Under the pieces are notes generated by a model. It searched no databases. It was not told the DNA's origin and was given only the letters and a program-made list of their open reading frames with translations. A program made the translations under genes and the position numbers. From assembly GCA_018398765.1 (NCBI GenBank), contig JAHBMJ010000316.1, positions 1 to 50,559 of the forward strand: a stretch of DNA of 50,559 bases, read 5' to 3'. Shown in pieces: positions 1-12,029 of the stretch (positions are counted from its first letter, which is position 1; every line of letters starts with the position of its first letter). Source of the stretch: Chromera velia (lineage: Eukaryota).

Positions 1-2
1 GG

Positions 3-323
3 AGGTGTGGGGGGTGGACAGAATGTATAGCAAAAGCAATCGATTGGGAAAAGGAAAGTGAGTCTAAAGAGGTCACTCTACTGAACGTGCCTTCAAAGGG
101 TGGTCGGCCCTTGCACGCAGGCATGCATCCGGAATGTCGAGCCGCCCATGTCCGTTGCCATCAGCCAAATACAGATTGTCTTGAGGCCCTTGCGAATCCA
201 AAAAAGAGACGGGGGCCGATTGCAAAGAATTGTGGCTGCAAAGAAGGTCGATCAAAGAAGAAGTGTGTTTGTCCAAAAGATTTAGTGCAGTCCCCAGATG
301 TAGCTGCTGCTCATCAGTTATGA
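3..323 (+). pseudogene. 3' fragment of an ORF ending in a tesmin/CXC-like Cys cluster, probably a decayed transposon protein C-terminus
   Basis: Frame 3 is open from the window start to TGA 323. It ends NCGCKEGRSKKKCVCPKDLVQSP, and RCSCC continues in a shifted frame, giving a degenerate C-x-C...C-x-C...C-x-C pattern. The family assignment is inference. Confidence 0.3.
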
Positions 324-744
324 CCCGTATGCCTCTTAGTCATGAATCATCCCTCAAAATATTATTTCTCACAGTAATGATTCTTAGGCAGAAAAATGAT
401 TAATTGTATTAACTTATGAGAGTAATGTTAGTGTTTTTATATGTTAAACTTAACGCTACACAACCTACATTAAATAAAAATTTCATTTAAAAATTTTCCT
501 ATAGCAAAATTCAAGGGCAGGGGTATATATACAGAGCTATAAATACATAGTCTTTTTATTTCTGTTTATACGTTTATGATTTTTATTTTCAATTTTGCTC
601 TTAGCCTCCATTAATTTAATTTACTTAGTTGAAGGCGACGGAGGGCTTCAATTTCTGTCACTCCCCCAGCTACCCCCTGCTCTACTGAATAAGGCCTGTT
701 CGATCTCTAGTTCCGTTTACCTTTTTCTCTCAACTAGTCTCTCA

Positions 745-1560
745 AAAAGTTACCATTTCAAAAAGTTTATTTGATTTTTTTTAAAAAAGTCTGTTTTCTT
801 GTAAGTTGCCTTTTTGACTTACCATTTTTCATAACCGGACTCGGACATTTCTTTTCGTTAAAAAAAAAAAATGGCAAAGGCCTTTAAAAGTTAGTGTTTG
901 CTTCTAAACGCTTTAAGCCCGCTTTGTACACAAATTTTCAGCTTTATGGTAAGTTCATACTCTATATACTTCTCGAAATTCATTGACCGGACGTTTTTAA
1001 AACTACCCTAAAGATAGTAAAGAATGTCCGGTGGAATGTCCGGTGAAAAAGTCCAGTTATCAGATATTTTGACTTACCTTTTTGAAATGTCAACTTACCA
1101 TTTTGAAAAAGTCCGGTTGGTGGATCTCGAGAAGTATATGGACTATGAAGCTGAAAATTTGTGTACAAAGCGGGCTTAAAGCATCTAGAAGCAAACACTA
1201 ACTTTTAAAGGCCTTTGCTAATTTTTTTTTATATAACCAGAAGAAATGTCCGGTTATCAAAAATGGTAAGTTCAAAACGTAACTTACCAAAATTTATTAA
1301 TAAAATTCCGGTAAGTTGCCTTTTTGACTTACTGCTCGAGATCCACCAACCGGGATTTTTTAAAAGAGTAAGTTCAACTAAGTTGACTTTTCAAAAAGGT
1401 AAGTCAAAATTTCTGGTAACTAGACTTTTTCGCCGAATATTCCACCGGACATTCTTTAGGGTAGTTTCAAAATGGTAAATAATGGTAAGTTGACTTTTCA
1501 AAAACTTTAAGGTAAGTCAAAATGTCTGGTAACCAAACTTTTTCCGAGGCTTTTTCCGAG
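745..1560. repeat. Complex foldback element with two interleaved long inverted repeats (A-B-A'-B') and many GACTTACC/GGTAAGTC motifs
   Basis: About 806-980 is the reverse complement of about 1125-1290 (AAAGGCCTTTAAAAGTTAGTGTTTGCTTCTA vs TAGAAGCAAACACTAACTTTTAAAGGCCTTT). About 985-1130 is the reverse complement of about 1336-1478. GTAAGTTGCCTTTTTGACTTAC occurs directly at 801 and 1311. Confidence 0.8.
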
Positions 1561-2464
1561 ACTCTGTACCGCTCTGTATCTATAAAGTTCTGACCTGATT
1601 CGATTTATTCACCCTACGATCCATCAATATGGGCCTATTAGGTCATATCATCATATTATCATGGTACTAAGCAGAGCTGGTCGATTAGGTATGACAAAAG
1701 TCGGAACCTGCCCCACTCCGGGCCCCCACCCCCGACACCAGACCCCTATATGCACGCAGGTTTATGGCTTTGGTCCCAAACATAATGCAATCTTGTTATT
1801 CTCAAACGTCAGTGGCCCAAGGCCCCCTCGAAGCCTCAGGCCCCAAGCACACTAGCGAGCACATTGTTTTGGCGGGCGGGGCATGGGTCCCAATCTTGAA
1901 GGCGATGTTTGATACTTTTGCCTAGCTAAGGAATTAATACTCCGCCCTGCTAGCTCTGGCAACAGATAGATATAGCAGGAAAGCCTAGCGCAGAACCTAT
2001 TAATCAATCAATCAATTAATTAACTAGTCAATCAATTTATTTATGTTGTCTAACATTATCCTAAAATTGGGAATCATTTGAGACCTAAATATTGTCCTGC
2101 CAGCGGGCCTATAGATATTCAAGTTGGTCAAAAGTAGAGTCAAAATTAATAGTTCAAGTAATCAAAGACTGTTTTTGTGATCTTAAATCGATCAAAGATG
2201 ATCAGCTACAACCAATAACAGGTTATTTACAGCTAAGACAAGTATAAAGCTACCAAGGACCGCCCTGCACCTGCGGCCAGCCTGATTTTTCATAGCTCCA
2301 GGACAGCTGATGTCGCCAACCGCAGCAGCTACACCTGCATGCCAAAGGAACAAACACCCAGGATGTGCAGCCACTTCTAGTAGATTTGTGAGACAGACAG
2401 AACATATATAAAAAAAGGGGCACACACACAGCTTTACACAGACAGGTTTAGGCTGAGGCCGCTC

Positions 2465-3240
2465 AGCCTACAGAATACACTCTCCATGGGCTTATACCTT
2501 CAGAGAGCACACACGCATCCTAACATAAACAGATTACAAAACACCCTCTCCGTGGGCTTACACCTTCGGAAATATTTGGAAAGCGCACACATAGACTGCA
2601 GAGCACTCTCTTCCTAGGGATAATTTAAAAAAAAAAAAAATGGTTATTTTTAGTTTTTTTTTTTTTTAAATGTAAGAAATGTGTGGTTCTCTAGTGTTTT
2701 TGCATCCCCATCATGGTTGTAAAAAAAAAAAAAATTGGTCCGAACTCTGGAGAGCGTTTTTTTTTTTTGTTTGTTTTTTTATTTAAAAATTAACCTTAGT
2801 TCTCTCCGTGGGCTTACACCTTTGGAGAGTACACACATAGAGAGGCGATAGAACACCCTCTCCATGGACTTACACCTTTAGAAAGCACACATACAGACTG
2901 CAGAATACCCTCTCTGTGGGCTTACATCTTCGGAGCTAGAGCACACATACCTAGACACACACAGACTGCAGAACACCCTCTCCGTGGGCTTATACTTTCG
3001 AAGAGCACAGACAGAGACATACTCAGACTGTAGAACACCCTCTCAATGGGCTTACACCTTCGAAAAGCACACAAACAGACTGCAGAACACCCTCTCCGTG
3101 GGTTTACACCTTCGGAAAGCACATACATAGACTGCAGAATACCCTCTCCATGGGATTATACACCTTTAGAGAGCACACACACAGAGAGACAACAAAACAC
3201 CCTCTCCATGGGCTTACACCTTTGGAGAGCACACACACAG
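2465..3240 (+). repeat. Minisatellite, about 10 copies of a 52-65 bp unit (CAGAACACCCTCTCCGTGGGCTTACACCTTCGGAGAGCACACA...)
   Basis: Unit cores lie near 2477, 2541, 2603/2801 (split copy), 2854, 2906, 2973, 3035, 3087, 3139 and 3197, joined by CA-rich linkers. Confidence 0.9.
2614..2799. mobile_element. 186-bp MITE inserted into one minisatellite unit
   Basis: The left end CTAGGGATAATTTAAAA matches the reverse complement of the right end, CTAAGGTTAATTTTTAAA. TTC is duplicated at 2611-2613 and 2800-2802. Removing the insert approximately restores a repeat unit. Confidence 0.7.
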
Positions 3241-3649
3241 AGCCCCAGAAAATATTTGGATAGACACTATTAGGCACTTTTCAGTGTACTAATTCACTGA
3301 AATTGAGTTTGACACCCGTAGAACGAGCCGTACGCAGAACTTCAGCTAGCCAAAAATATAATAGTCAACACGCCGATTTTAATCATGACAAAATCTATAA
3401 AATAAAAAATTGAAAGACTTTTAGAAAAAATCAATTTGAAATAATACCAGGTATGATGACTCAGACCGGCTGAGACCGTCTTGTTTTATCTTGTCTGTGA
3501 ATGTGTGGGAGACGGGAATAAAGAGAGGCAGAGGGCTAACTATTAGAGACCGACTGTCATCGACAGTCGCACGGACAGAACCTAACCTAGAACACTAAGA
3601 GTAGCTAACACTAGATCTAACAGAGATAGAGAGGGACAGTGTCTTCTTT

Positions 3650-3667
3650 TCACACACACAAACACAC

Positions 3668-3703
<36 letters not shown>

Positions 3704-3729
3704 TGCACACACACTTTGCAGTGATGATT

Positions 3730-3772
<43 letters not shown>
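3650..3772. repeat. (CA)n microsatellites
   Basis: Two long CA runs seen directly. Confidence 0.95.
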
Positions 3773-3774
<2 letters not shown>

Positions 3775-4825
3775 AGAAAGACAGACAGGCAGAAACAGAA
3801 ATTAAAAGCAGGACGTATTGACAGGCTACAGGACGTGCATTTTTTGTTTTTTGTTCCTTGCAGACCGCCAAGCAGCTGCGCAGTCCGGCAGGCAGAGACG
3901 CGAGTAAGGAGCCAGAGAAGTACTGTAATTAATCAATTGCATGGGAGATGGAGAAAGTGACCCGAGAGGCCCCCGGAGGCGGCTTGCAGACAGATGGACA
4001 GACAAGCCCCCCTCCCTGCCAGCATTTCATTTTTACTCTCTTGGTCATTTCTCTCTTTTCTCCCGTCTCCCTATCAGACATTCAGGCAGACGGACACGCT
4101 TTTCTTTCCCTCTTTGCACACAGTCAGGCAGACAGGCCGATGAGCAACAGGAAGGAAAAAAACAAACAGTCGCAAGCACCCGAGGCAGGCAAGCACGCAG
4201 CGGGACCGGCGACTCGAGAGACAGAAGCACTCACAAAAGCGGAAAGAGAAAGGTTAAAGCGTTTGGAGACAAAGACTGGAATAGGGGGGGGTTGTCTGTC
4301 AAAATCAAACTCGCAGACAGGTGGGGATGCACATGAAGAGGCAGGCAGGCAGGCAGGCAGGCGGACGGTCAGGCAGGATGGTAGACGAGCCGGTGAAGTC
4401 GGGCGCGCATGGATGATTTTGGAAGGCACGATGAATTTGACGGTTTTCTCTGGAGACGCCTGCCAGCGGAATGAGAAATTTGCTTGTGAGTGCAACCACC
4501 CTAGCTCTCACAAAGTTCGCAGCGGCTCACTCATTACAAAATCTGTCCCCGACTCGAATTCCTCCAACCCGTTGGTCCATCCTTCTCAACTTAGGCTCAC
4601 GATTCTGAAGCCCAATCCTGACAGTCACTGGACATCCCCCCTCTTTCCCCCCCTGTCCCCCGCCGTCTCAAGTCCCAGGTGCCAAACTGAGGCTACCAAC
4701 AGACCTCAGCAGTACAGTCTCAATCTCACCCCACGCTACAGAACCCCCCTCCCTCTCCCGACCGTGCAGCTTTAAACACACCCGTCTACATCCTTCCTTT
4801 TGTCTCCGCCTCGTCCCCCCTTCAT

Positions 4826-5485
4826 TCACAGCATGAAGGCCCCACCAGTAGAGGAGGCGCGCGCCTTCAGCTGCTCGTTCCGTCGTTGCAGTGACTCCAT
4901 GGTCACGGCCAGCCGCCGGTACTGCTCGTAGTGCAACTGGATGATCTGCTCGATCTTCGCAAAGTCGCCTGCAGGGGGCTCCCCCCGATCCCGCGCGTTC
5001 TGCATTGCAGTCACTGCCCTCTCAAGCTCGGAGAGGTTTGCGTCCAGCTCTCGGGCCTTCTGTTGCAACTGTCCGAGCATCTGGTGCAACAACAGGTGGG
5101 GGGTTTGGGAGGGAAACGACGGTTGGCTGCTACTGTCTGTGTGCTTCAGACGGTCAAAAATGGCCTTCTGTTCGATCGCATGACGCTCGATATTGCTCTC
5201 AAGGGAACGGTCCTTTATTACCTCGTTTACACGCTTGTGCGCTGCATTGACACTCATGACCTCTTGTCTGATCAATTCGGTCTGTCTGGTCACTGTGTCC
5301 TCCTGGGTTTTCAGTTGGTCTCTTGAGGCAGGAATTTCCTTCAGGACCAGCTGGTTCTTTTCAATGAATGTCCCTATCTCCATGTACAGTTTTTGCAACT
5401 GCTGCATCTGCGTGGCGCAACTTGGGTCGTGCTTCTGGAATTCAGTGAAGAAGACAGAGACAGTCGGGTTTTCGTACTGCTCCAT
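4826..5485 (-). CDS. Nucleoporin Nup58/Nup49-like coiled-coil protein (219 aa; may be the last exon of a longer gene)
   Basis: Helical, heptad-rich ORF. Its C-terminus TPHLLLHQMLGQLQQKARELDANLSELE...IEQIIQLHYEQYRRLAVTMESLQRRNEQLK follows the Nup58/Nup49 pattern P..YF..LV..F...L..Y...IEELE...L......Y..F..LA..L..IHE.V..LK, recalled from memory. A pyrimidine tract and AG on the minus strand would open an exon at 5556. Confidence 0.6.
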   Translation of the reverse strand: MEQYENPTVSVFFTEFQKHDPSCATQMQQLQKLYMEIGTFIEKNQLVLKEIPASRDQLKTQEDTVTRQTELIRQEVMSVNAAHKRVNEVIKDRSLESNIERHAIEQKAIFDRLKHTDSSSQPSFPSQTPHLLLHQMLGQLQQKARELDANLSELERAVTAMQNARDRGEPPAGDFAKIEQIIQLHYEQYRRLAVTMESLQRRNEQLKARASSTGGAFML

Positions 5486-5907
5486 CGTGCCTTCCTTCTT
5501 TCCACTCGAACGGTTTGATTCTTTTGAGGTACTTGCCTGTCTGGGCCGCTGGTATTCTATTGGACGAGAAATAAGAGAGAACAGAATGCTGTCACAAGAT
5601 CACAGGGCGGAACAAGGGCTGACGTGAACTGTCATTGAATTGTTTGAGTGTTCGAAATGGTTTGGAAAGATAGTGAAAAGTGTGGGGAATCATGCATGAG
5701 GAATATCCCCATGGAATCTTCATGGAATCCCCTCATGCAGCTCCCACATGCTGCCACTGCATCCATGCAGGCCGCGAGCCATGCCGAGCCTAATTGCATA
5801 CCTGCATGATTGCATGATCCTTATGCAGGATACCCATGGATACCCCCTTCGCAAGCTCAGGGGGTATGCCGGGGCCCTGACGTAAGGGGTCGAGAGCGAT
5901 GCAGATG

Positions 5908-6175
5908 TGTAGTACTGATGCCTGGCGCCGCCAACGTGTCATCGCCTGATTATCGCGCCGCCGCATGTTTGACGCACGCGCTTAGTCTGCCGGCCTGCCT
6001 TAGTCTGCATGGTTTTGCTGCATACGTCTTTTCACAGACTGACACCGGTGTTGTGATGTGTTGTATTTCATGGAGAAACAACAATGTCTAGAAGAAGAAC
6101 CAAATGATCAGTTCTTTTGTGCATCCTATGAATGGCTCTAGAAATCCTCCCTAGTTATCTCTTAGCAATCCTACA
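5908..6175 (+). repeat. 5' LTR
   Basis: TGTAGTACTGATG...GCAATCCTACA, about 91% identical to 12030-12303 by hand alignment. Confidence 0.95.
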
Positions 6176-6189
6176 GGGTAGCAGAAGCC
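6176..6189 (+). promoter_or_regulatory. Degenerate primer-binding site, tRNA-iMet type
   Basis: GGGTAGCAGAAGCC directly follows the 5' LTR and resembles TGGTAGCAGAGC, the complement of the initiator Met tRNA 3' end. Confidence 0.6.
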
Positions 6190-6244
6190 TCATTCGACCA
6201 GAAGCTATAGTTGATCATATCTATTTGTGTTATAGTTGCACTGA

Positions 6245-7330
6245 ATGACTGAAGAGACATTCAGTCAGTTTGTTACTCAGTCCAAGTGCAACGCGCAGTT
6301 CCAGCAGCTGCGCCAGGAATTTTTCTTGCAGCGCTATGTGATGCAGAGGCTAGCAGATGAAGTTTGGGAGCCACGGACGCAAATCGTACCTCCGACCATG
6401 GCCGCTGGAGTGGAGACGTCTGCCAGTGAACATCCTCTGTTGCTCGACGGAGAACTGCCTCGAGCCTGTAAGATAAAAGAACCCTCCGTCTTTGCAGGGG
6501 ATCGGCACGAGGTCTCTGACTGGCTTAAAGACATGAAGGAGTATTGCCAGGGCACGGGAGTATTAGAAAGTCGATGGCTCTTTGTTTTGAAGAGCTATCT
6601 GTCGAAAACTCTGAAGAAGTGGGTCTATCGGAAGCAGAAAAGCGTAACTCCCTTCCGTTCTTTCGAAGACTTCGCAGAGGCACTGAAAAAGAGGTACATC
6701 GACCTGCTTGAGCAGGATCACCACAGGGATACACTAGATGAGCTCCGGTACTCGAAAGCACAGAGCATGGAGAGCTTTGGGGACGTCTTCCTAGATCTGA
6801 TGGAAGAGATCAAAGACACATCGACCCCTGCTGATCTCATTCACACCTTTAAGAAGGCCATCCCCGATGCGATTTGCCTCGAGATGAACAAGAAAGCTCC
6901 TTCCACTCTCGAGGAGCCTCAGGCAGTGGAGGCGGCTTATATCGTAGCGGAGACTTTGGAAGGAAGGGGTGGGAACCGAAAGAGGCACGCTCAGACTGGG
7001 GGCAGCAGACCAAATGGAAAGCACTAGGGTGGGTCCAACTCTGAGAGACCTGTTCCCATGCAGCTGGACGCCGTGTGCTCTCTTTCTTCAAAAGAGAGAG
7101 CCGAACTGATGCGATAAGGACGGTGCTTCCTCTGCAAGCAGAAGGGACATGAAAAGAAAGATTGTCCATCCTTGTTGTCTTTGCAGAGGGGGTTCGGGTC
7201 AAATGTTCCCAGACTGCAGCAGCCGTACGGAAGAAGGCCATGGGGTCCTTTGGGACTGCAGAGACCCGCGTATGGTAGTCAGGGACGTCCACCTGTTGGC
7301 GCCGGCAGTGGAGAAGGACGATGGGTATAG
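6245..7330 (+). pseudogene. gag: Gag (capsid-like region plus zinc knuckles), frameshifted
   Basis: ORF 6245-7027 has the retrotransposon gag motif EPSVFAGDRHEVSDWLKDMKEY. A CCHC knuckle CFLCKQKGHEKKDC lies at about 7124-7166, followed by two decayed knuckle-like stretches (CCLCRGGSGQMFPDC; WDCRDP). Confidence 0.85.
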
Positions 7331-7519
7331 ATACCAGTCAAATGGATAGGGCTACCGCGTAGCTCTCTACCGAATACGCAGAGAGGTCACCCACAGGGGG
7401 GGCAGGGAGGGCGTGGTTAGAATAGCCGTGCAGCTGGTATCCAGACTGCAGGGCAGGAGGGGGATCAGGTTACTGGAGAAGGAGAGGAAGAATTCTGGTT
7501 CCCTAACAATGAGCTCTCG

Positions 7520-10500
7520 ATGAACATTAAGGGAGAGCAGCCCACTAACCCCTATGTGTATGACCAGGCGAATATGATTCGCTTCCAGGGCACTGTCGAA
7601 GGCATTCCAGTGAGAGTGCTCTTAGACTGTGGGGCGGGGGAGACATTTCTGTCTGCCCAATTCGTTCACAACAAATGTCTTCCCATCAGGAAGATGCAAA
7701 GTTTATGTCAGTGTAGGGGGGCCATTAAGGGAGAAAACGGGTAGACGGTGGTAACTACGGTCACTGACAGCGAGTACACCAGTCCTCTGGCCTTCTCCAT
7801 TCAAAGGTACTACCAGAGAATGAAATTCACCCTGGCTGACCTCGATGACAACTATAATGTCTATCTGAGCATGAAGTGGCTGATCGAACATGAGCTTCAT
7901 GTGTATTGAGGCAAAGAAGAAGTAGAGATTCCAATCCCAGGGGCTTATGGAAGGTCAGTCACTATCAAGTTACAGACATAGACATCTGTCCATAGTCTTT
8001 TCAGCAGAGAGCTTAAAAGAGAGGTCAGGAAGGGCCGTGTATAAGAGGTGTATCTTTGTAGGTTGGAAATAGTGGAGCCTGTGCTGGCCCCTACGCTGAT
8101 GACCCTGGAGGTAGAACCCCCAGGTGAGGCGAAAATGGCAGCGGCGATCAGAGAAAAGACAGAGAAGGAAGTGCCAGAAGGAGAGATAGCAGAAGAGAAG
8201 GCAGAGAGGGAGAAGGATAAAACGCTTCATAGGGGGTGGTCAAAAGTTATGAGTGATCCCTCCCTCTACCTTGCAGCTCGATGGGTGGTGGGAGAATATC
8301 GGAATATCTTTTGCGATAAGATTCCCAAGCTACCCCCAACTTAGGCTCCAAGATGGTCAGTCAAGTTTGCGATTGATCTGGAGCCTGGACATCCTCCTCC
8401 CGCTCGGCCACCATACCGACTTTCTTTTGGAGAGATTGATGAGATGAGGAGACAACTAGATGATCTGCTGGCAAAGGGATTCATCCGTCCCTCTGTTTCT
8501 CCATTTGCGATACCAGCCTTCTTTGTGGTGAAGAAAGATGGGAGTCTATAGATGTGCATCGACTACCATACCATCAACAAGATCACGATTAAGGACAAGT
8601 ACGCGATGCCCAGACCGGAAGAATTGTTGGACCGTCTCCATGAAGTAAAGATTTTTTCGGTCCTTGATATGCGGCAGTTTTTCTATCAGCTTCGCATTCG
8701 ACTGGGTGACGAACCAAAGACAGTGATGTGTACCTGGTACGGCAACTATGAGTGGCTAGTGATGCCTTTTGGGATGTGTAACCCACCGCCGACCAGCCAG
8801 CGAGCTATTCAGGTTTGCCTTCGCAAAGTTCTGGATGACTGCGCATTTGCTTAGATCAATGATGTCCTTGTGTACTCCCCGACGGTTGACAAACACGAAG
8901 AGGATTTGCGGAGAGTCCTTGAATGCCTGAGAAAAGATGAGTATTATGTGAAGATCTTCAAATGCAAATTCTTTGTCCCAAAAGTCGTGTACATCGGGCT
9001 AGAAATCTTGAATATAGGAGTGAGAGCGGAGCCGAAGAAGGCAAAGCTCGTTCAAACTTGGCCGAAGCCTGAGAACAAATACTAGAACAAACATGAGCTC
9101 CGTATCTTTTTGGGACTGTGCAACTGGTTTCCGAGATTCATCTACAAGTACAGTCACATCACAGCCCCGCTCGAGTTCGTTTGGTCAGAGGTCTGTGAAG
9201 CAGCGTTCAAGGAGTTGAAAGAGAAGATTGCAGAATTGATTTTTCTTGTCATCCCAAATCCCACCTGCCCTTTCGACTTGTATGTTGATGCGTCAGAGAA
9301 AGAGATCTGCATCGCGGCAGCTCTGATGCAGTGGGATTCAAGAGTGAATGGACTGAGAGTTGTAGCCCTTGCTTCCAGGAAGCTCGTTCAAGCTGAGCAG
9401 AAGTATCCGATTCGGGAGAAGGAGCTTCTGGCAGCTGTGTTTGGGGTAAAGACCTTCCACATTTATGTAAATCACACCACGAAGGTCTACTCCGATCACG
9501 AGAGCTTGAAGTGGCTCGGCACTTCATGGGGTCTGATCGAAGGCCCCGACAGAGTGAAGAGATGGGGCATCTTCCTGAATGCATTGTGTATTGTTTCTCA
9601 GTACATCTCTGGCTCCAAGAACGTTGTGACAGACGCGCTGTCATGTCGACCGTCTCGAACCGGAACGCAGAAGCAGACAGGAGAGGAGAGGTCTGATGAA
9701 AAGAAAACAGACCGAATTGCCCAGGTGAAGAGCACTCGAAAGGTCTGTCCAGACGTAAAGTTTCTGGATCAAGTTAGGAAGGGGTATGCTCAAGACTTTT
9801 TCTTCAAGGAGCTCCTTCTTTTCTTCACTCATGCTCCCATCTAAGGCACCCCCCCTGCCTACCTACGTTTACGTTTGAGTCATTTCTTGGTGAAGGAGGG
9901 ACTTCTGTACTTAGTAGTCTACGACCAGAGGAGACTGGCGATCCCAACAAAGACACTGCAAAGGCAAGTTATCTGGGAGTGTCACGATTCTCCTTTGGCT
10001 GGGCACTTTGGAGTAGATAAGACCTACCAACGACTAGCTGCTGACTTCTTTTGGCCACACATGTGGAAGCGGGTGATGCACTACATCGCTCACTGCAATG
10101 TGTGTTAAAGGAACAAACCGTCGAACGAAAAGCCTGCAGGCCTTCTTCAACCACTCTCTGTGCCAGAGTTTCCCTTTCACGATCTCTCAATGGATTTTAT
10201 CACTGGTCTTCTGCCTGTTCAGTTTAAGGGAGAGGTAGTTGACTCGATCATGGACGTGGTGTACAGGTTGAGCAAGTGGGTGATCTTTGTTCCCACCAGA
10301 GAGACAGCCGGAGCCTAAGAAACAGCACAGAAGTTTTTTGACGATCGCGAAGTGGTGTGTGAGCATGGCATGCCACTGATCGCGACTCCAGGTTTGTCTC
10401 AAACTTCTGGCAAACACTGTTCCACCTGTGCAGAACCAAGCTTAAGATGTCAACTGCTCAGCACCCTCAAACAGACGGACAAACGGAGATCGAGAATCGG

Positions 10501-11278
10501 ATGCTTGAGCAGATGCTTTGGTGCTTCGTCGCAGACCATCAGAAGGACTGGCCTCAGCACTTGAAGATGCTTGCCTTTGCAGTCCGCACGAGCGTCCACA
10601 AGTCGACTGAATTCACTCCCTTCCGTGTCGTTGAACAAAGAGATCCACTCACTCTCCCCAGTTTTCTCTGCCCCCACCCATCCTCACCTAAAGCTTCACA
10701 AGACTTGAAGGAGAGGGTGGACATCGTTCAGGAGATGAGAGACCGATTGGAGAGAGCGACGGAGAAAGTAACACATTCAAAGTTACTACAACCAGAGAAG
10801 AAGAGAAGAAGAATTCAAGCCTAGAGATTGGGTTATGGTCTACAGAAACTTCTTTGCCGGAGCAAAGACACCGGAGAGAGATCGAAAGAAACTTGCATAT
10901 CTGTGGTACGGGCCATTTGAAATAGACCGATAGGTCGGAAAGGTCGCATACGAACTGGTGTTTCCTGAGGGGGTCAGAAGACATCCAGTTCTCCATGTGG
11001 TCTGGTTGAAGAGATATTTACTGCAAGAAGGACAGTCTGAAAAGAATCCTCCGCCGGTACGCCTTCCACACTTAGCTGAAAAAGAGCATGAAGTAGAGAC
11101 AGTCCTCGACAAGAGGAAGATCGGTCGTAGTGTGGAGTATTTGGTACACTGGAAAGGGGATTCAGAAGAGAATGCCACGTGGAAGCCATCAGAGAATCTT
11201 CCGAATGCTCGTTTGAAAATTAAAGAGTTCTTGGCGTGGTATGGAAGGCCTCTCGGAGGGAGAGGGGGAAAGAAGTGA
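7520..11278 (+). pseudogene. pol: Pol: aspartic protease, reverse transcriptase, RNase H, integrase, chromodomain (disrupted)
   Basis: Protease VLLDCGAGETF. RT MCIDY...MPFGMCN, with YIDD decayed to *IND at about 8852. RNase H YVDAS...EKELLA...SDHESL. Integrase HDSPLAGH...CNVC and HPQTDGQTE. Chromodomain HEVETVLDKR...EYLVHWKG...ATWKP at about 11085-11230. Confidence 0.95.
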
Positions 11279-11647
11279 GGGGACTAGGAATCAAAGGGAA
11301 TGAATGCATATGAATAAATGTTTGTACATGGCTTTCTCTCACTCTCATTCTACTTCTGAGGGGTCGCGGGAAGGATGGGGGATTCCGAAGTGAGAATGAA
11401 TGGATGAATGAATGAATGCATGAAAGAATGAATGATACAGTTTTCTTCTCTCTGTCTTGTGATGACGTCTTCTCTCTCTGTCATCGTCTCTGCATCTTTC
11501 TCTCTGTCTTTCCCTATCTCTTCTCTCTCTTTTGTATGCTTTTTGTTGTTTTCCTCTTTCCTACGTTCAGCTTTCCTTCTCAATGCCTTTCGCGCACACA
11601 TGCATATATTCTGTTCTCTTCTTCCGTCTATCTATTTTTTTTGCACT

Positions 11648-11694
11648 GCCCCTCATACACGGGGACGCGGCATGCATAACAAAAACCTCAATCA
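11648..11694 (+). mobile_element. 47-bp 3' tail of the CRE-like element, inside the 3' non-coding part of the Gypsy element
   Basis: GCCCCTCATACACGGGGACGCGGCATGCATAACAAAAACCTCAATCA is the exact reverse complement of 13679-13725. Confidence 0.85.
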
Positions 11695-12012
11695 CAAAAT
11701 TTAATGTATAGAGTCACTTGTCTGGTGACTGAATGTGGAGTATCCAGTCTGAATGGGTGTTCTTCTATGATCGGCTGCATGAAAGAATCCATGCAAGCCG
11801 ATGCCTGCTCATGTTGTTGGCCGTGGCATGCCAATATGTCGGGGGATTTTTATGTGATGGGTCGTTTGCAGATCGCCTCTGATTCGATTGAGATCGATTG
11901 ATTCACTGCAGTCTCATGTGTCTAGCTGTCAGTGAATAAATGTCTTGTCCAGCAGCTGTATTTGATAAAAGTGTGTCCATTCAGGTTTGACTACGTGTGA
12001 GGGCACACGTCT

Positions 12013-12024
12013 GAGAGGGGCGGG
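12013..12024 (+). promoter_or_regulatory. Polypurine tract
   Basis: GAGAGGGGCGGG lies just upstream of the 3' LTR. Confidence 0.7.
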
Positions 12025-12029
12025 CATCT

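Noticed and set aside
2465..3240. CRISPR-like look (palindromic repeats with spacers)
   Set aside because: The linkers resemble each other, the repeats are degenerate, no cas genes are present and the context is eukaryotic. It is a minisatellite.
3948..4775. 275-aa plus-strand ORF
   Set aside because: It crosses GGCA simple repeats, has no recognisable motif and lies antisense to the likely 3' UTR of the Nup58-like gene.
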